Positions 32,995 to 44,038 are shown, counted from the stretch's first letter. The stretch: DNA of 64,000 bases from Escherichia coli (GCF_013122565.1 NZ_CP053258.1), one strand, 5' to 3'. Program-made: numbers and translations. Notes: generated from the sequence alone by a model not told the origin.

Positions 32995-33708
32995 ATGGGC
33001 GCTTTTACAGGTAAGACAGTTCTCATCCTCGGTGGCAGTCGTGGTATCGGTGCCGCTATCGTACGTCGTTTCGTCACCGATGGGGCCAATGTACGATTCA
33101 CCTATGCGGGGTCGAAAGATGCCGCTGAACGCCTGGCACAAGAGACTGGAGCGACAGCAGTATTCACAGATAGTGCTGACAGAGACGCTGTCATTGATGT
33201 CGTTCGTAAGAGCGGCGCATTGGATATCCTGGTGGTAAATGCAGGTATTGGCGTCTTTGGCGATGCCCTGGAATTAAATGCCGACGATATTGATCGCCTT
33301 TTCAAAATCAATATTCATGCTCCTTATCATGCCTCTGTTGAAGCCGCCCGGCAGATGCCCGAAGGCGGGCGCATCTTAATCATCGGCTCCGTGAATGGCG
33401 ATCGTATGCCTGTTACAGGCATGGCTGCTTATGCCGCCAGTAAATCTGCCCTGCAAGGCATGGCGCGCGGGCTGGCCCGTGATTTTGGACCGCGTGGGAT
33501 CACCATCAACGTCGTCCAGCCAGGGCCAATTGATACCGACGCTAATCCCGCCAACGGGCCAATGCGCGATATGTTGCATGGTTTTATGGCCATCAAAAGA
33601 CATGGGCAACCGGAAGAGGTCGCTGGTATGGTCGCATGGTTAGCAGGGCCAGAAGCCAGTTTTGTTACCGGCGCGATGCATACCATTGATGGCGCGTTTG
33701 GCGCATAA
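32995..33708 (+). CDS. bdcA: Short-chain dehydrogenase / c-di-GMP-binding protein BdcA
   Basis: Translation MGAFTGKTVLILGGSRGIGAAI... (Rossmann GxxxGxG); RBS AAGGAG upstream of ATG 32995. Confidence 0.9.
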   Translation: MGAFTGKTVLILGGSRGIGAAIVRRFVTDGANVRFTYAGSKDAAERLAQETGATAVFTDSADRDAVIDVVRKSGALDILVVNAGIGVFGDALELNADDIDRLFKINIHAPYHASVEAARQMPEGGRILIIGSVNGDRMPVTGMAAYAASKSALQGMARGLARDFGPRGITINVVQPGPIDTDANPANGPMRDMLHGFMAIKRHGQPEEVAGMVAWLAGPEASFVTGAMHTIDGAFGA

Positions 33709-33838
33709 CCGACTACGCTCAATTAAGCCCAGCCATTTCCCATGATGTCTGGGTTTTGTTTACTCACGTCGTCCGCTAAAAGCGGCTCCTGGTAAATATA
33801 AATCTTCTGTTCATGTCGTAAATCTTGAGGATAACCAA

Positions 33839-34234
33839 ATGGTAGAAAGAACCGCTGTTTTCCCTGCTGGCCGACATTCACTGTATGCTGAACATCGTTA
33901 TTCTGCGGCTATTCGTTCCGGCGATTTGCTGTTTGTTTCCGGGCAAGTAGGAAGTCGAGAGGACGGAACACCAGAACCCGATTTTCAGCAACAAGTCAGA
34001 CTGGCATTTGATAATTTGCATGCGACCCTGGCAGCTGCGGGATGCACTTTTGACGATATCATTGATGTTACGAGCTTTCATACCGATCCAGAAAAACAAT
34101 TTGAAGACATCATGACGGTGAAAAATGAAATATTTAGCGCGCCACCTTATCCAACCTGGACGGCGGTGGGCGTTACATGGCTGGCAGGCTTTGATTTTGA
34201 AATTAAAGTGATAGCGCGCATCCCTGAGCTGTAA
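33839..34234 (+). CDS. yjgH: RidA-family protein YjgH
   Basis: 131-aa translation MVERTAVFPAGRHSLYAEHRYSAAIRSGDLLFVSGQ... Confidence 0.85.
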   Translation: MVERTAVFPAGRHSLYAEHRYSAAIRSGDLLFVSGQVGSREDGTPEPDFQQQVRLAFDNLHATLAAAGCTFDDIIDVTSFHTDPEKQFEDIMTVKNEIFSAPPYPTWTAVGVTWLAGFDFEIKVIARIPEL

Positions 34235-34514
34235 GCAATAGTGCTAGCCGTTCGTTTTCACACTCCGCCCTATAAGTCGGATGAATGGAATAAAATGCAT
34301 ATCTGATTGCGTGAAAGTGAAAAAGAAAAAAGCAGGAAATGTCTGCAATTATTGATACCGAACGACAGTTCCCCTCCAGAATCACAGTAAATAAAAATGC
34401 ATATATTTTGACTTTAAATTCAAATAAACCGTTTGCGCTGACAAAATATTGCATCAAATGCTTGCACCGCTTCTGACGATGAGTATAATGCCGGACAATT
34501 TGCCGGGAGGATGT

Positions 34515-34649
34515 ATGGTTCAGTGTGTTCGACATTTTGTCTTACCGCGTCTGAAAAAAGACGCTGGCCTGCCGTTTTTCTTCCCGTTGATCACCCATTC
34601 CCAGCCCCTCAATCGAGGGGCTTTTTTTTGCCCAGGCGTCAGGAGATAA
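34515..34649 (+). CDS. pyrL: pyrBI operon leader peptide
   Basis: 44-aa translation MVQCVRHFVLPRLKKDAGLPFFFPLITHSQPLNRGAFFCPGVRR; RBS GGGAGG upstream. Confidence 0.9.
   Translation: MVQCVRHFVLPRLKKDAGLPFFFPLITHSQPLNRGAFFCPGVRR
34604..34630 (+). terminator. pyrBI attenuator (rho-independent terminator within the leader)
   Basis: cccctc-aat-cgagggg hairpin followed by an 8-T run. Confidence 0.85.
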
Positions 34650-34652
34650 AAG

Positions 34653-35588
34653 ATGGCTAATCCGCTATATCAGAAACATATCATTTCCATAAACGACCTT
34701 AGTCGCGATGACCTTAATCTGGTGCTGGCGACAGCGGCGAAACTGAAAGCAAACCCGCAACCAGAGCTGTTGAAGCACAAAGTCATTGCCAGCTGTTTCT
34801 TCGAAGCCTCGACCCGTACCCGCCTCTCTTTCGAAACTTCCATGCACCGCCTGGGTGCCAGCGTGGTGGGCTTCTCCGACAGCGCCAATACATCACTGGG
34901 TAAAAAGGGCGAAACGCTGGCCGATACCATTTCGGTTATCAGCACTTACGTCGATGCGATAGTGATGCGTCATCCGCAGGAAGGTGCGGCGCGCCTGGCT
35001 ACCGAGTTTTCCGGCAATGTACCGGTACTGAATGCCGGTGATGGCTCCAACCAACATCCGACGCAAACCTTGCTGGACTTATTCACTATTCAGGAAACCC
35101 AAGGGCGTCTGGACAATCTCCACGTCGCAATGGTTGGTGACCTGAAATATGGCCGCACCGTTCACTCCCTGACTCAGGCGTTAGCGAAGTTCGACGGCAA
35201 CCGTTTTTACTTCATCGCGCCGGACGCGCTGGCAATGCCGCAATACATTCTGGATATGCTTGATGAAAAAGGGATCGCCTGGAGTCTGCACAGCTCTATT
35301 GAAGAAGTGATGGCGGAAGTAGACATCCTGTATATGACCCGCGTGCAAAAAGAGCGCCTGGACCCATCCGAATACGCCAACGTGAAAGCGCAGTTTGTTC
35401 TTCGCGCCAGCGATCTCCACAACGCCAAAGCCAATATGAAAGTGCTGCATCCGCTGCCGCGTGTTGATGAGATTGCGACGGATGTTGATAAAACGCCACA
35501 CGCCTGGTACTTCCAGCAGGCAGGCAACGGGATTTTCGCTCGCCAGGCGTTACTGGCACTGGTTCTGAATCGCGATCTGGTACTGTAA
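34653..35588 (+). CDS. pyrB: Aspartate carbamoyltransferase catalytic subunit
   Basis: 311 aa; STRTR and HPLP motifs. Confidence 0.97.
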
Positions 35589-35600
35589 GGGGAAATAGAG

Positions 35601-36062
35601 ATGACACACGATAATAAATTGCAGGTTGAAGCTATTAAACGCGGCACGGTAATTGACCATATCCCCGCCCAGATCGGTTTTAAGCTGTTGAGTCTGTTCA
35701 AGCTGACCGAAACGGATCAGCGCATCACCATTGGTCTGAACCTGCCTTCTGGCGAGATGGGCCGCAAAGATCTGATCAAAATCGAAAATACCTTTTTGAG
35801 TGAAGATCAGGTAGATCAACTGGCATTGTATGCGCCGCAAGCCACGGTTAACCGTATCGACAACTATGAAGTGGTGGGTAAATCGCGCCCCAGTCTGCCG
35901 GAGCGCATCGACAATGTGCTGGTCTGCCCGAACAGCAACTGTATCAGCCATGCCGAACCGGTTTCTTCCAGCTTTGCCGTGCGAAAACGCGCCAATGATA
36001 TCGCGCTCAAATGCAAATACTGTGAAAAAGAGTTTTCCCATAATGTGGTGCTGGCCAATTAA
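35601..36062 (+). CDS. pyrI: Aspartate carbamoyltransferase regulatory subunit
   Basis: 153 aa; C-terminal zinc-binding cysteines (CPNSNC ... CKYCEK). Confidence 0.97.
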
Positions 36063-36079
36063 TTGCGGTTGGTAATAAA

Positions 36080-36112
36080 AGTCTGGCTCCCTATAATGAG
36101 CCAGACTTTTTA
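36080..36112 (+). terminator. pyrBI terminator hairpin (overlaps likely ridA promoter -10)
   Basis: agtctggctc-cctataat-gagccagact followed by tttt. Confidence 0.65.
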
Positions 36113-36134
36113 CCGCTGTAATAAAGGAGAAATC

Positions 36135-36521
36135 ATGAGCAAAACTATCGCGACGGAAAATGCACCGGCAGCTATCGGTCCTTACGTACAGGGCGTTGAT
36201 CTGGGCAATATGATCATCACCTCCGGTCAGATCCCGGTAAATCCGAAAACGGGCGAAGTACCGGCAGACGTCGCTGCACAGGCACGTCAGTCGCTGGATA
36301 ACGTAAAAGCGATCGTCGAAGCCGCTGGCCTGAAAGTGGGCGACATCGTTAAAACTACCGTGTTTGTAAAAGATCTGAACGACTTCGCAACCGTAAACGC
36401 CACTTACGAAGCCTTCTTCACCGAACACAACGCCACCTTCCCGGCACGTTCTTGCGTTGAAGTAGCCCGTCTGCCGAAAGACGTGAAGATTGAGATCGAA
36501 GCGATCGCTGTTCGTCGCTAA
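36135..36521 (+). CDS. ridA: Enamine/imine deaminase RidA (YjgF)
   Basis: Translation MSKTIATENAPAAIGPYVQG...; 128 aa; RBS AAGGAGA. Confidence 0.95.
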   Translation: MSKTIATENAPAAIGPYVQGVDLGNMIITSGQIPVNPKTGEVPADVAAQARQSLDNVKAIVEAAGLKVGDIVKTTVFVKDLNDFATVNATYEAFFTEHNATFPARSCVEVARLPKDVKIEIEAIAVRR

Positions 36522-36570
36522 TCTTGATGGAAATCCGGGCTATCATGCCCGGATTAAGTCTGATGATAAA

Positions 36571-36660
36571 CGCAAAATCGCCTGATGCGCTACGCTTATC
36601 AGGCCTACGTGATTCCTGCAATTTATTGAATTTGTTGGCCGGATAAGGCATTTACGCCGC
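36571..36660. repeat. REP elements
   Basis: gcctgatgcgctacgcttatcaggcctac and ggccggataaggcatttacgccgcatccggc motifs. Confidence 0.75.
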
Positions 36661-36726
36661 ATCCGGCATGAACAAAGCTTACTTTGTCTGCAATCTGAAT
36701 CGGGGCTATCGTGCCCAGTTTATTCT

Positions 36727-39423
36727 TTATTGCCAGCCGTAACGTCGGCTATAGAACCCTTTCACCAACTGGGTTAATGTCATATACCCTGCCAGAATCG
36801 CAACCAGCCACGGGAAATAGCTTAACGGCAGCGCCTGCAGCTGCAGATAACTGGCCAGCGGTGAAAACGGCAATGCGATCCCGACAATCATCACGATCAC
36901 GGTCATGATCATTAACGGCCACGATGCACAGCTCTGAATAAACGGCACACGACGGGTGCGGATCATATGCACAATCAGCGTTTGTGACAGCAAGCCCACC
37001 ACAAACCATCCCGACTGGAACAGCGTTTGCGTTTCCGGCGTGTTGGCATGGAATACCCACCACATCAGGCAAAACGTCAGAATATCGAAGATCGAGCTGA
37101 TCGGTCCGAAGAAGATCATAAAGCGCCCCAGATCCGCCGGATTCCAACGCTGCGGCTTTTGAATTTGCTCGTCGTCGACGTTATCAAACGGGATCGCCAC
37201 CTGTGACACATCGTACAGCAGGTTCTGAATAAGCAAGTGTAACGGCAACATCGGCAGGAAGGGCAAGAAAGCACTCGCCACCAGCACGCTGAACACATTA
37301 CCGAAGTTAGAGCTCGCCGTCATTTTGATGTATTTCAGCATGTTGGCGAAAGTGCGACGTCCCTCAATAACCCCCTCTTCCAGCACCATCAGGCTTTTTT
37401 CCAGCAGGATGATATCAGCCGCTTCACGGGCAATATCTACCGCGCCGTCCACAGAAATGCCGATATCCGCAGCGCGTAAGGCGGGCGCATCATTAATACC
37501 ATCGCCCATAAAGCCAACCACATGCCCTTCGCGCTTCAGTAAGGTCACAATGCGTTCTTTATGCATCGGCGTCAGGCGGGCAAACAGCGTGGTGCGCTGT
37601 GCGAGATTTGCCAGTTCGTCGTCAGATAGCGTTTCAATATCACTACCAATGACCACCTCTCCCGCGTCCAGCCCCACTTCATGGCACACTTTCGCTGCAA
37701 CTAACTCACTGTCGCCAGTAAGGATTTTTACGGTAATTCCACTCGCTTTTAATGCCTTCAGTGCCGGAGCGGTTGTCTCTTTTGGCGGATCAAGGAAAGC
37801 AATATATCCTTCGAGGATCAGGTCGGATTCATCCGCCCGCTGGTAATCTCCTTCACGCGCTGGCAGGTATTTCGTCGCCACCGCAACCACGCGCAACCCC
37901 TGACGATTCAGCGTATCAGTAACCCGCTTAATCTTACGCAGCATGGTGTCATCGAGCGGTACTATCTCGCCATTGTGACGCACCTGCGAACACACATTGA
38001 GGATTTCCTGCAATGCACCTTTGCAAACCAGCTGATGGTGCTCGGTATTTTCTGCCACTACCACCGACATCCGGCGACGCTCGAAATCAAACGGAATCTC
38101 ATCAATTTTTTGCCAACGGCTGGCCAGCGAGCGCGCTGACTCTTCATCCGTACCTTCGAGCACCGCTGTATCGAGCAGGTTTTTAAGTCCGGTCTGATAA
38201 TGACTGTTCAACCACGCGCTATGCAGCACGCGTTCGCTGGTTTTACCGGAGATATCGGTATGATTCTCCAGCACAATTTTGTCCTGTGTCAGGGTGCCGG
38301 TTTTATCAGTGCACAGAATATCCATTGCGCCAAAGTTCTGAATAGCATCCAGATGTTTGACGATCACTTTCTGTTTCGACAGCTTTACTGCGCCGCGCGC
38401 CAACGTCGAGGTAACAATCATCGGCAACATTTCCGGCGTTAGGCCTACCGCGACCGAAAGCGCAAACAGCGCCGCTTCCCACCAGTCGCCTTTGGTGTAG
38501 CCATTGATTAACAGCACCACCGGTGCCATCACCAGCATAAAGCGAATCAGCAGCATACTGACGCGGCTGATCCCTTGCTGAAAGGCATTCGGCTCGCTTT
38601 CCTGCTCACTAACACGCCCCGCCAGTTGACCAAACCAGGTATTGGCACCTGTAGCAATCACCATTGCTTGTGCCGTGCCGCTCACCACGGTGGTGCCCAT
38701 AAAACACAGCGTGTCGCACTCCAGCGGATTGCTGTGCTCCGGCTGGCGAGTGGTAGCGGCTTTTTCCACGGGCAGAGACTCACCGGTTAACGACGCCTGA
38801 GCGACGAACAGATCCCGCGCCTGCAAGATACGTAAATCTGCCGGGATCATATCCCCCGCCGCCAGTTTTATAATATCGCCGGGCACCAGCTGGTCGATCG
38901 GGATCTCCAGCCAGCCATTTTCGCCTTTGTCGTTAATTACGCGCAGCACCGTCGCAGTATTGCTGACCATCGCTTTCAGGGCATCTGCCGCTTTAGTGGA
39001 ACGTGCTTCCTGAATAAAGTTCAGCAACGTTGAAATAGCGACCATTAGCGCGATAACGCCCGCGGCAAATAAATCTTCCGTGGCGTAAGAAATAGCGCCG
39101 AGAATGGTGAGTAAAATATTAAATGGGTTGCGATAGCAGACCCATAAATGTACCCACCACGGCGACGGTTGTTGTGCGGGTAATTTATTTTCACCATGTT
39201 GTTCGCGGGCAGATTCCACTTCCGCCTGATTTAACCCTTCCGGATGGGTGTCGAACGTTTTCCACAATTCTTCTTCGGGCATCACCGCCATTTTCAGGCA
39301 ATGCGCACTTAAGGACGGCGGGACCACCGTATTCACTGTCTGCTGCGCGCCAGGCAATGGATCACGATGAACCAGACGGGAAGGTAAATGGCGAATGAGC
39401 CGGGTAAAAATTTCTTTAAACAT
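36727..39423 (-). CDS. mgtA: Mg2+-importing P-type ATPase MgtA
   Basis: 898 aa; phosphorylation motif DKTGTLT and hinge MTGDGINDAPAL present in translation. Confidence 0.97.
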   Translation of the reverse strand: MFKEIFTRLIRHLPSRLVHRDPLPGAQQTVNTVVPPSLSAHCLKMAVMPEEELWKTFDTHPEGLNQAEVESAREQHGENKLPAQQPSPWWVHLWVCYRNPFNILLTILGAISYATEDLFAAGVIALMVAISTLLNFIQEARSTKAADALKAMVSNTATVLRVINDKGENGWLEIPIDQLVPGDIIKLAAGDMIPADLRILQARDLFVAQASLTGESLPVEKAATTRQPEHSNPLECDTLCFMGTTVVSGTAQAMVIATGANTWFGQLAGRVSEQESEPNAFQQGISRVSMLLIRFMLVMAPVVLLINGYTKGDWWEAALFALSVAVGLTPEMLPMIVTSTLARGAVKLSKQKVIVKHLDAIQNFGAMDILCTDKTGTLTQDKIVLENHTDISGKTSERVLHSAWLNSHYQTGLKNLLDTAVLEGTDEESARSLASRWQKIDEIPFDFERRRMSVVVAENTEHHQLVCKGALQEILNVCSQVRHNGEIVPLDDTMLRKIKRVTDTLNRQGLRVVAVATKYLPAREGDYQRADESDLILEGYIAFLDPPKETTAPALKALKASGITVKILTGDSELVAAKVCHEVGLDAGEVVIGSDIETLSDDELANLAQRTTLFARLTPMHKERIVTLLKREGHVVGFMGDGINDAPALRAADIGISVDGAVDIAREAADIILLEKSLMVLEEGVIEGRRTFANMLKYIKMTASSNFGNVFSVLVASAFLPFLPMLPLHLLIQNLLYDVSQVAIPFDNVDDEQIQKPQRWNPADLGRFMIFFGPISSIFDILTFCLMWWVFHANTPETQTLFQSGWFVVGLLSQTLIVHMIRTRRVPFIQSCASWPLMIMTVIVMIVGIALPFSPLASYLQLQALPLSYFPWLVAILAGYMTLTQLVKGFYSRRYGWQ

Positions 39424-39690
39424 AAGGAGTCCCTCCGCACTGTCTGAAACAGTACAGAAATGTCTTCAGGCGTGGCGAAGCCTTACCTGAAGGTAATAAA
39501 GCTGAGCAGGGACGTTAAAACGTCACGGCCTTACGCATCCGGTAACGCCGTGAAAAGACGGGCTTACCGGAAAAGTTTTAATCTCCGTCGAGGGAGAGGC
39601 GTGGGATCAGGTTCCATATAACCTCCGGTAAGTGAAAAAAGCGCCGCAAATAATAAGGAGAATCCAATAATATTCGTAGCATCTATGGCG
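39424..39690 (-). promoter_or_regulatory. mgtA 5' leader region (Mg2+/proline-responsive leader containing mgtL)
   Basis: Known long regulatory leader upstream of mgtA; mgtL ORF identified within; extent approximate. Confidence 0.55.
39564..39617 (-). CDS. mgtL: mgtA leader peptide MgtL (17 aa)
   Basis: Translation [17 protein letters not shown] with upstream GGAGG RBS; the longer track ORF 39564..39905 is an artefactual upstream extension. Confidence 0.8.
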
Positions 39691-39801
39691 ATATAATACC
39701 TGCTGGCAACTAAACCAACGATAAACCAGACTTTACCCATTGCTGAATGCACGGGTAAAGTTAGGCTCAAATAATTAAACAACACGTTACAGGACAACAG
39801 G

Positions 39802-40749
39802 ATGCAAAATCGGCTGACCATCAAAGACATCGCGCGCTTAAGCGGCGTGGGGAAATCTACAGTTTCCCGGGTGCTGAATAACGAAAGCGGCGTGAGCCAG
39901 CGCACCCGCGAGCGTGTTGAAGCAGTGATGAATCAGCATGGATTTTCCCCTTCCCGCTCTGCGCGCGCTATGCGTGGGCAAAGCGATAAAGTGGTCGCCA
40001 TCATTGTTACCCGTCTGGATTCGTTGTCAGAAAATCTCGCCGTTCAAACCATGCTGCCAGCGTTTTATGAACAAGGTTACGACCCAATCATGATGGAAAG
40101 TCAGTTTTCCCCGCAATTAGTTGCCGAACATTTGGGGGTGCTGAAACGGCGTAATATCGACGGCGTAGTGCTGTTCGGTTTTACCGGCATAACAGAAGAA
40201 ATGTTAGCCCACTGGCAGTCATCGCTGGTTCTGCTGGCGCGTGACGCAAAAGGCTTTGCTTCGGTCTGTTATGACGACGAAGGGGCAATCAAGATCCTGA
40301 TGCAACGGCTGTATGACCAGGGGCATCGTAATATCAGTTATCTCGGCGTGCCGCACAGTGACGTGACAACCGGTAAGCGACGTCACGAAGCCTACCTGGC
40401 GTTCTGCAAAGCGCATAAACTGCATCCCGTTGCCGCCCTGCCAGGGCTTGCTATGAAGCAAGGCTATGAGAACGTAGCAAAAGTGATTACGCCTGAAACT
40501 ACCGCCTTACTGTGCGCAACCGACACGCTAGCACTTGGTGCAAGTAAATACCTGCAAGAGCAACGCATCGACACCTTGCAACTGGCGAGCGTCGGTAATA
40601 CGCCGTTAATGAAATTCCTCCATCCGGAGATCGTCACCGTAGATCCCGGTTACGCCGAAGCTGGCCGCCAGGCGGCCTGCCAGTTGATCGCACAGGTAAC
40701 CGGACGCAGCGAACCGCAACAAATCATCATCCCCGCCACCCTGTCCTGA
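39802..40749 (+). CDS. treR: Trehalose operon repressor (LacI family)
   Basis: 315 aa; N-terminal HTH LTIKDIARLSGVGKSTVSRVLNN. Confidence 0.95.
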   Translation: MQNRLTIKDIARLSGVGKSTVSRVLNNESGVSQRTRERVEAVMNQHGFSPSRSARAMRGQSDKVVAIIVTRLDSLSENLAVQTMLPAFYEQGYDPIMMESQFSPQLVAEHLGVLKRRNIDGVVLFGFTGITEEMLAHWQSSLVLLARDAKGFASVCYDDEGAIKILMQRLYDQGHRNISYLGVPHSDVTTGKRRHEAYLAFCKAHKLHPVAALPGLAMKQGYENVAKVITPETTALLCATDTLALGASKYLQEQRIDTLQLASVGNTPLMKFLHPEIVTVDPGYAEAGRQAACQLIAQVTGRSEPQQIIIPATLS

Positions 40750-40867
40750 TCGTTTCCTGAACGATAAATTGTGATCTTCGCTGCGCTTCGGGAACGTTCC
40801 CGTTTTTAAATTTTTCCGCGCAATATATTCTGCAGCCAACCAAAAATGTCATCTGCCATGGGGCTTT

Positions 40868-42289
40868 ATGATGAGCAAAATAAACCAAACGGATATCGAT
40901 CGGTTGATTGAACTGGTCGGCGGGCGCGGCAATATTGCGACGGTGAGCCACTGTATTACTCGCCTGCGCTTTGTCCTCAACCAACCGGCCAATGCCAGAC
41001 CGAAAGAAATTGAGCAACTCCCCATGGTGAAAGGCTGTTTCACCAATGCCGGGCAATTTCAGGTGGTGATTGGCACCAACGTGGGTGATTACTATCAAGC
41101 ACTGATAGCGTCAACCGGACAGGCGCAGGTTGATAAAGAGCAGGTAAAAAAAGCCGCCCGGCAGAATATGAAATGGCATGAGCAGTTGATCTCTCATTTC
41201 GCGGAGATCTTCTTCCCGTTGCTGCCCGCGTTGATCAGCGGCGGTTTGATCCTCGGTTTTCGCAATGTGATCGGCGATTTGCCCATGAGCAACGGTCAAA
41301 CGCTGGCGCAAATGTACCCTTCCCTGCAAACGATCTACGATTTTCTGTGGTTGATCGGTGAAGCGATCTTCTTCTACCTGCCGGTCGGTATTTGCTGGTC
41401 AGCGGTGAAAAAAATGGGCGGCACGCCGATCCTTGGTATCGTGCTTGGCGTGACACTGGTTTCTCCCCAGCTGATGAACGCTTATCTGCTCGGGCAGCAG
41501 CTGCCGGAAGTGTGGGACTTTGGCATGTTCAGCATCGCCAAAGTGGGCTATCAGGCACAGGTGATCCCGGCACTGTTAGCCGGGCTAGCACTGGGCGTTA
41601 TTGAAACTCGCCTTAAACGCATCGTGCCAGATTACCTCTATCTGGTGGTGGTGCCCGTCTGTTCGCTGATCCTCGCGGTGTTCCTCGCCCATGCGCTGAT
41701 TGGTCCATTTGGTCGCATGATTGGTGATGGCGTTGCCTTTGCGGTACGTCACCTGATGACCGGTAGCTTTGCTCCGATTGGTGCGGCATTGTTTGGCTTC
41801 CTGTACGCGCCGCTGGTGATCACCGGCGTACACCAGACCACCCTTGCTATTGATTTGCAGATGATTCAAAGCATGGGTGGCACGCCAGTGTGGCCGCTGA
41901 TTGCGCTGTCGAATATCGCTCAGGGCTCCGCCGTGATAGGCATTATCATTTCCAGCCGCAAGCACAATGAACGCGAGATCTCCGTGCCTGCCGCTATCTC
42001 CGCCTGGCTTGGGGTCACTGAGCCTGCAATGTACGGCATCAACCTGAAATATCGCTTCCCGATGCTGTGCGCGATGATTGGTTCTGGTCTGGCAGGATTG
42101 CTATGCGGCCTGAACGGCGTTATGGCGAATGGTATCGGCGTAGGGGGCCTGCCGGGAATTCTCTCGATTCAACCGAGCTACTGGCAGGTATTTGCGCTGG
42201 CAATGGCTATCGCCATCATCATCCCGATTGTACTCACCTCGTTTATCTACCAGCGGAAATACCGCCTGGGCACGCTGGACATTGTTTAA
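40868..42289 (+). CDS. treB: PTS trehalose-specific EIIBC component
   Basis: 473 aa; EIIB cysteine motif in N-terminus, polytopic EIIC. Confidence 0.95.
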   Translation: MMSKINQTDIDRLIELVGGRGNIATVSHCITRLRFVLNQPANARPKEIEQLPMVKGCFTNAGQFQVVIGTNVGDYYQALIASTGQAQVDKEQVKKAARQNMKWHEQLISHFAEIFFPLLPALISGGLILGFRNVIGDLPMSNGQTLAQMYPSLQTIYDFLWLIGEAIFFYLPVGICWSAVKKMGGTPILGIVLGVTLVSPQLMNAYLLGQQLPEVWDFGMFSIAKVGYQAQVIPALLAGLALGVIETRLKRIVPDYLYLVVVPVCSLILAVFLAHALIGPFGRMIGDGVAFAVRHLMTGSFAPIGAALFGFLYAPLVITGVHQTTLAIDLQMIQSMGGTPVWPLIALSNIAQGSAVIGIIISSRKHNEREISVPAAISAWLGVTEPAMYGINLKYRFPMLCAMIGSGLAGLLCGLNGVMANGIGVGGLPGILSIQPSYWQVFALAMAIAIIIPIVLTSFIYQRKYRLGTLDIV

Positions 42290-42338
42290 TTTTCTTCGGG
42301 GCGCAATTGCGCCCCCTCGCATTTGCAGGAATAACGTA

Positions 42339-43994
42339 ATGACTAATCTTCCCCACTGGTGGCAAAACGGCGTTATCTACCAGATTTATCCAAAGAGTTT
42401 TCAGGACACCACGGGTAGCGGCACCGGCGATTTACGTGGCGTTATCCAACGCCTGGACTATCTGCATAAACTGGGCGTTGATGCCATCTGGCTAACCCCC
42501 TTTTATGTCTCTCCCCAGGTCGATAACGGTTACGACGTAGCGAACTATACGGCGATTGATCCCACCTACGGCACGCTGGACGATTTTGACGAACTGGTGA
42601 CGCAGGCAAAATCGCGCGGAATTCGTATCATTCTCGATATGGTGTTTAACCATACCTCTACCCAACATGCCTGGTTTCGCGAGGCGCTGAACAAAGAAAG
42701 CCCTTACCGCCAGTTTTATATCTGGCGCGATGGCGAACCAGAAACGCCACCGAACAACTGGCGTTCAAAATTTGGCGGTAGTGCGTGGCGCTGGCATGCG
42801 GAAAGCGAACAGTACTATTTGCATCTCTTTGCACCAGAACAGGCGGATCTCAACTGGGAGAATCCAGCGGTACGCGCAGAGCTGAAAAAAGTCTGTGAGT
42901 TCTGGGCCGATCGTGGGGTCGACGGGTTGCGCCTGGATGTGGTGAATCTGATCTCCAAAGACCCGCGTTTCCCTGAAGACCTGGACGGCGACGGGCGTCG
43001 CTTCTACACCGACGGGCCACGAGCACACGAGTTTTTGCACGAGATGAACCGCGATGTGTTTACGCCACGCGGGTTAATGACCGTAGGTGAAATGTCCTCC
43101 ACCAGCCTTGAGCATTGCCAGCGATACGCGGCTCTGACAGGCAGTGAATTGTCGATGACCTTTAATTTTCATCACCTGAAGGTCGATTATCCCGGTGGTG
43201 AAAAATGGACGCTGGCTAAACCTGACTTTGTGGCGTTGAAAACATTGTTCCGCCACTGGCAACAAGGAATGCACAACGTGGCATGGAATGCCTTGTTCTG
43301 GTGTAACCACGATCAGCCGCGCATTGTTTCTCGCTTTGGTGATGAAGGTGAATACCGCGTGCCTGCGGCAAAAATGCTGGCGATGGTGCTGCATGGCATG
43401 CAGGGAACGCCGTATATCTACCAGGGCGAAGAGATTGGCATGACCAACCCGCATTTCACGCGCATTACTGACTATCGCGACGTAGAGAGCCTCAATATGT
43501 TTGCCGAGCTGCGCAACGATGGTCGTGATGCCGACGAGTTATTGGCAATCCTCGCCAGTAAATCCCGTGACAACAGTCGCACGCCCATGCAATGGAGCAA
43601 CGGCGATAATGCCGGGTTTACGGCTGGCGAACCATGGATTAGCATGGGCGATAACTATCAACAAATCAACGTAGAAGCCGCGCTGGCCGATGAGTCCTCG
43701 GTGTTTTACACCTACCAAAAGTTAATCGCACTACGTAAGCAAGAAGCCGTTCTGACATGGGGCAATTACCAGGATCTGCTGCCAAACAGCCCTGTATTGT
43801 GGTGCTATCGCCGTGAATGGAAGGGGCAAACCTTGCTGGTCATTGCCAACCTTAGCCGTGAGATCCAACCCTGGCAGCCAGAGCAAATGCGCGGCAACTG
43901 GCAGCTTGTGATGCATAACTACGAAGAAGCCTCACCACAACCCTGTGCCATGACTTTACGGCCTTTTGAGGCTGTCTGGTGGTTACAGAAGTAA
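42339..43994 (+). CDS. treC: Trehalose-6-phosphate hydrolase
   Basis: Translation MTNLPHWWQNGVIYQIYPKSF... (GH13); 551 aa from ATG 42339; track ORF start 42192 overlaps treB and is rejected. Confidence 0.95.
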   Translation: MTNLPHWWQNGVIYQIYPKSFQDTTGSGTGDLRGVIQRLDYLHKLGVDAIWLTPFYVSPQVDNGYDVANYTAIDPTYGTLDDFDELVTQAKSRGIRIILDMVFNHTSTQHAWFREALNKESPYRQFYIWRDGEPETPPNNWRSKFGGSAWRWHAESEQYYLHLFAPEQADLNWENPAVRAELKKVCEFWADRGVDGLRLDVVNLISKDPRFPEDLDGDGRRFYTDGPRAHEFLHEMNRDVFTPRGLMTVGEMSSTSLEHCQRYAALTGSELSMTFNFHHLKVDYPGGEKWTLAKPDFVALKTLFRHWQQGMHNVAWNALFWCNHDQPRIVSRFGDEGEYRVPAAKMLAMVLHGMQGTPYIYQGEEIGMTNPHFTRITDYRDVESLNMFAELRNDGRDADELLAILASKSRDNSRTPMQWSNGDNAGFTAGEPWISMGDNYQQINVEAALADESSVFYTYQKLIALRKQEAVLTWGNYQDLLPNSPVLWCYRREWKGQTLLVIANLSREIQPWQPEQMRGNWQLVMHNYEEASPQPCAMTLRPFEAVWWLQK

Positions 43995-44006
43995 ATCTTC
44001 ACTAAG

Positions 44007-44038
44007 CCCCGGTAATGCCTGTCATTCCGGGGTTTTGT
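44007..44038 (+). terminator. Rho-independent terminator after treC
   Basis: ccccgg...ccgggg hairpin followed by ttttgt. Confidence 0.7.

Noticed and set aside
36532-36552. Hairpin tccgggc-tatcat-gcccgga after ridA as a terminator
   Set aside because: No T-run follows and it sits next to REP sequences; insufficient evidence to call a terminator.
37325-37846. 173-aa plus-strand ORF and other ORFs inside mgtA
   Set aside because: Antisense to mgtA, which carries unambiguous P-type ATPase motifs.
39564-39905. 113-aa minus-strand ORF upstream of mgtA
   Set aside because: Only its last 17 codons correspond to the known leader peptide MgtL with its own RBS; the upstream extension overlaps the treR promoter region and is not supported.
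42192-42338. Upstream extension of the treC reading frame (track start at 42192)
   Set aside because: Overlaps the end of treB; the conserved TreC N-terminus MTNLPHWW begins at 42339 and gives the expected 551-aa length.
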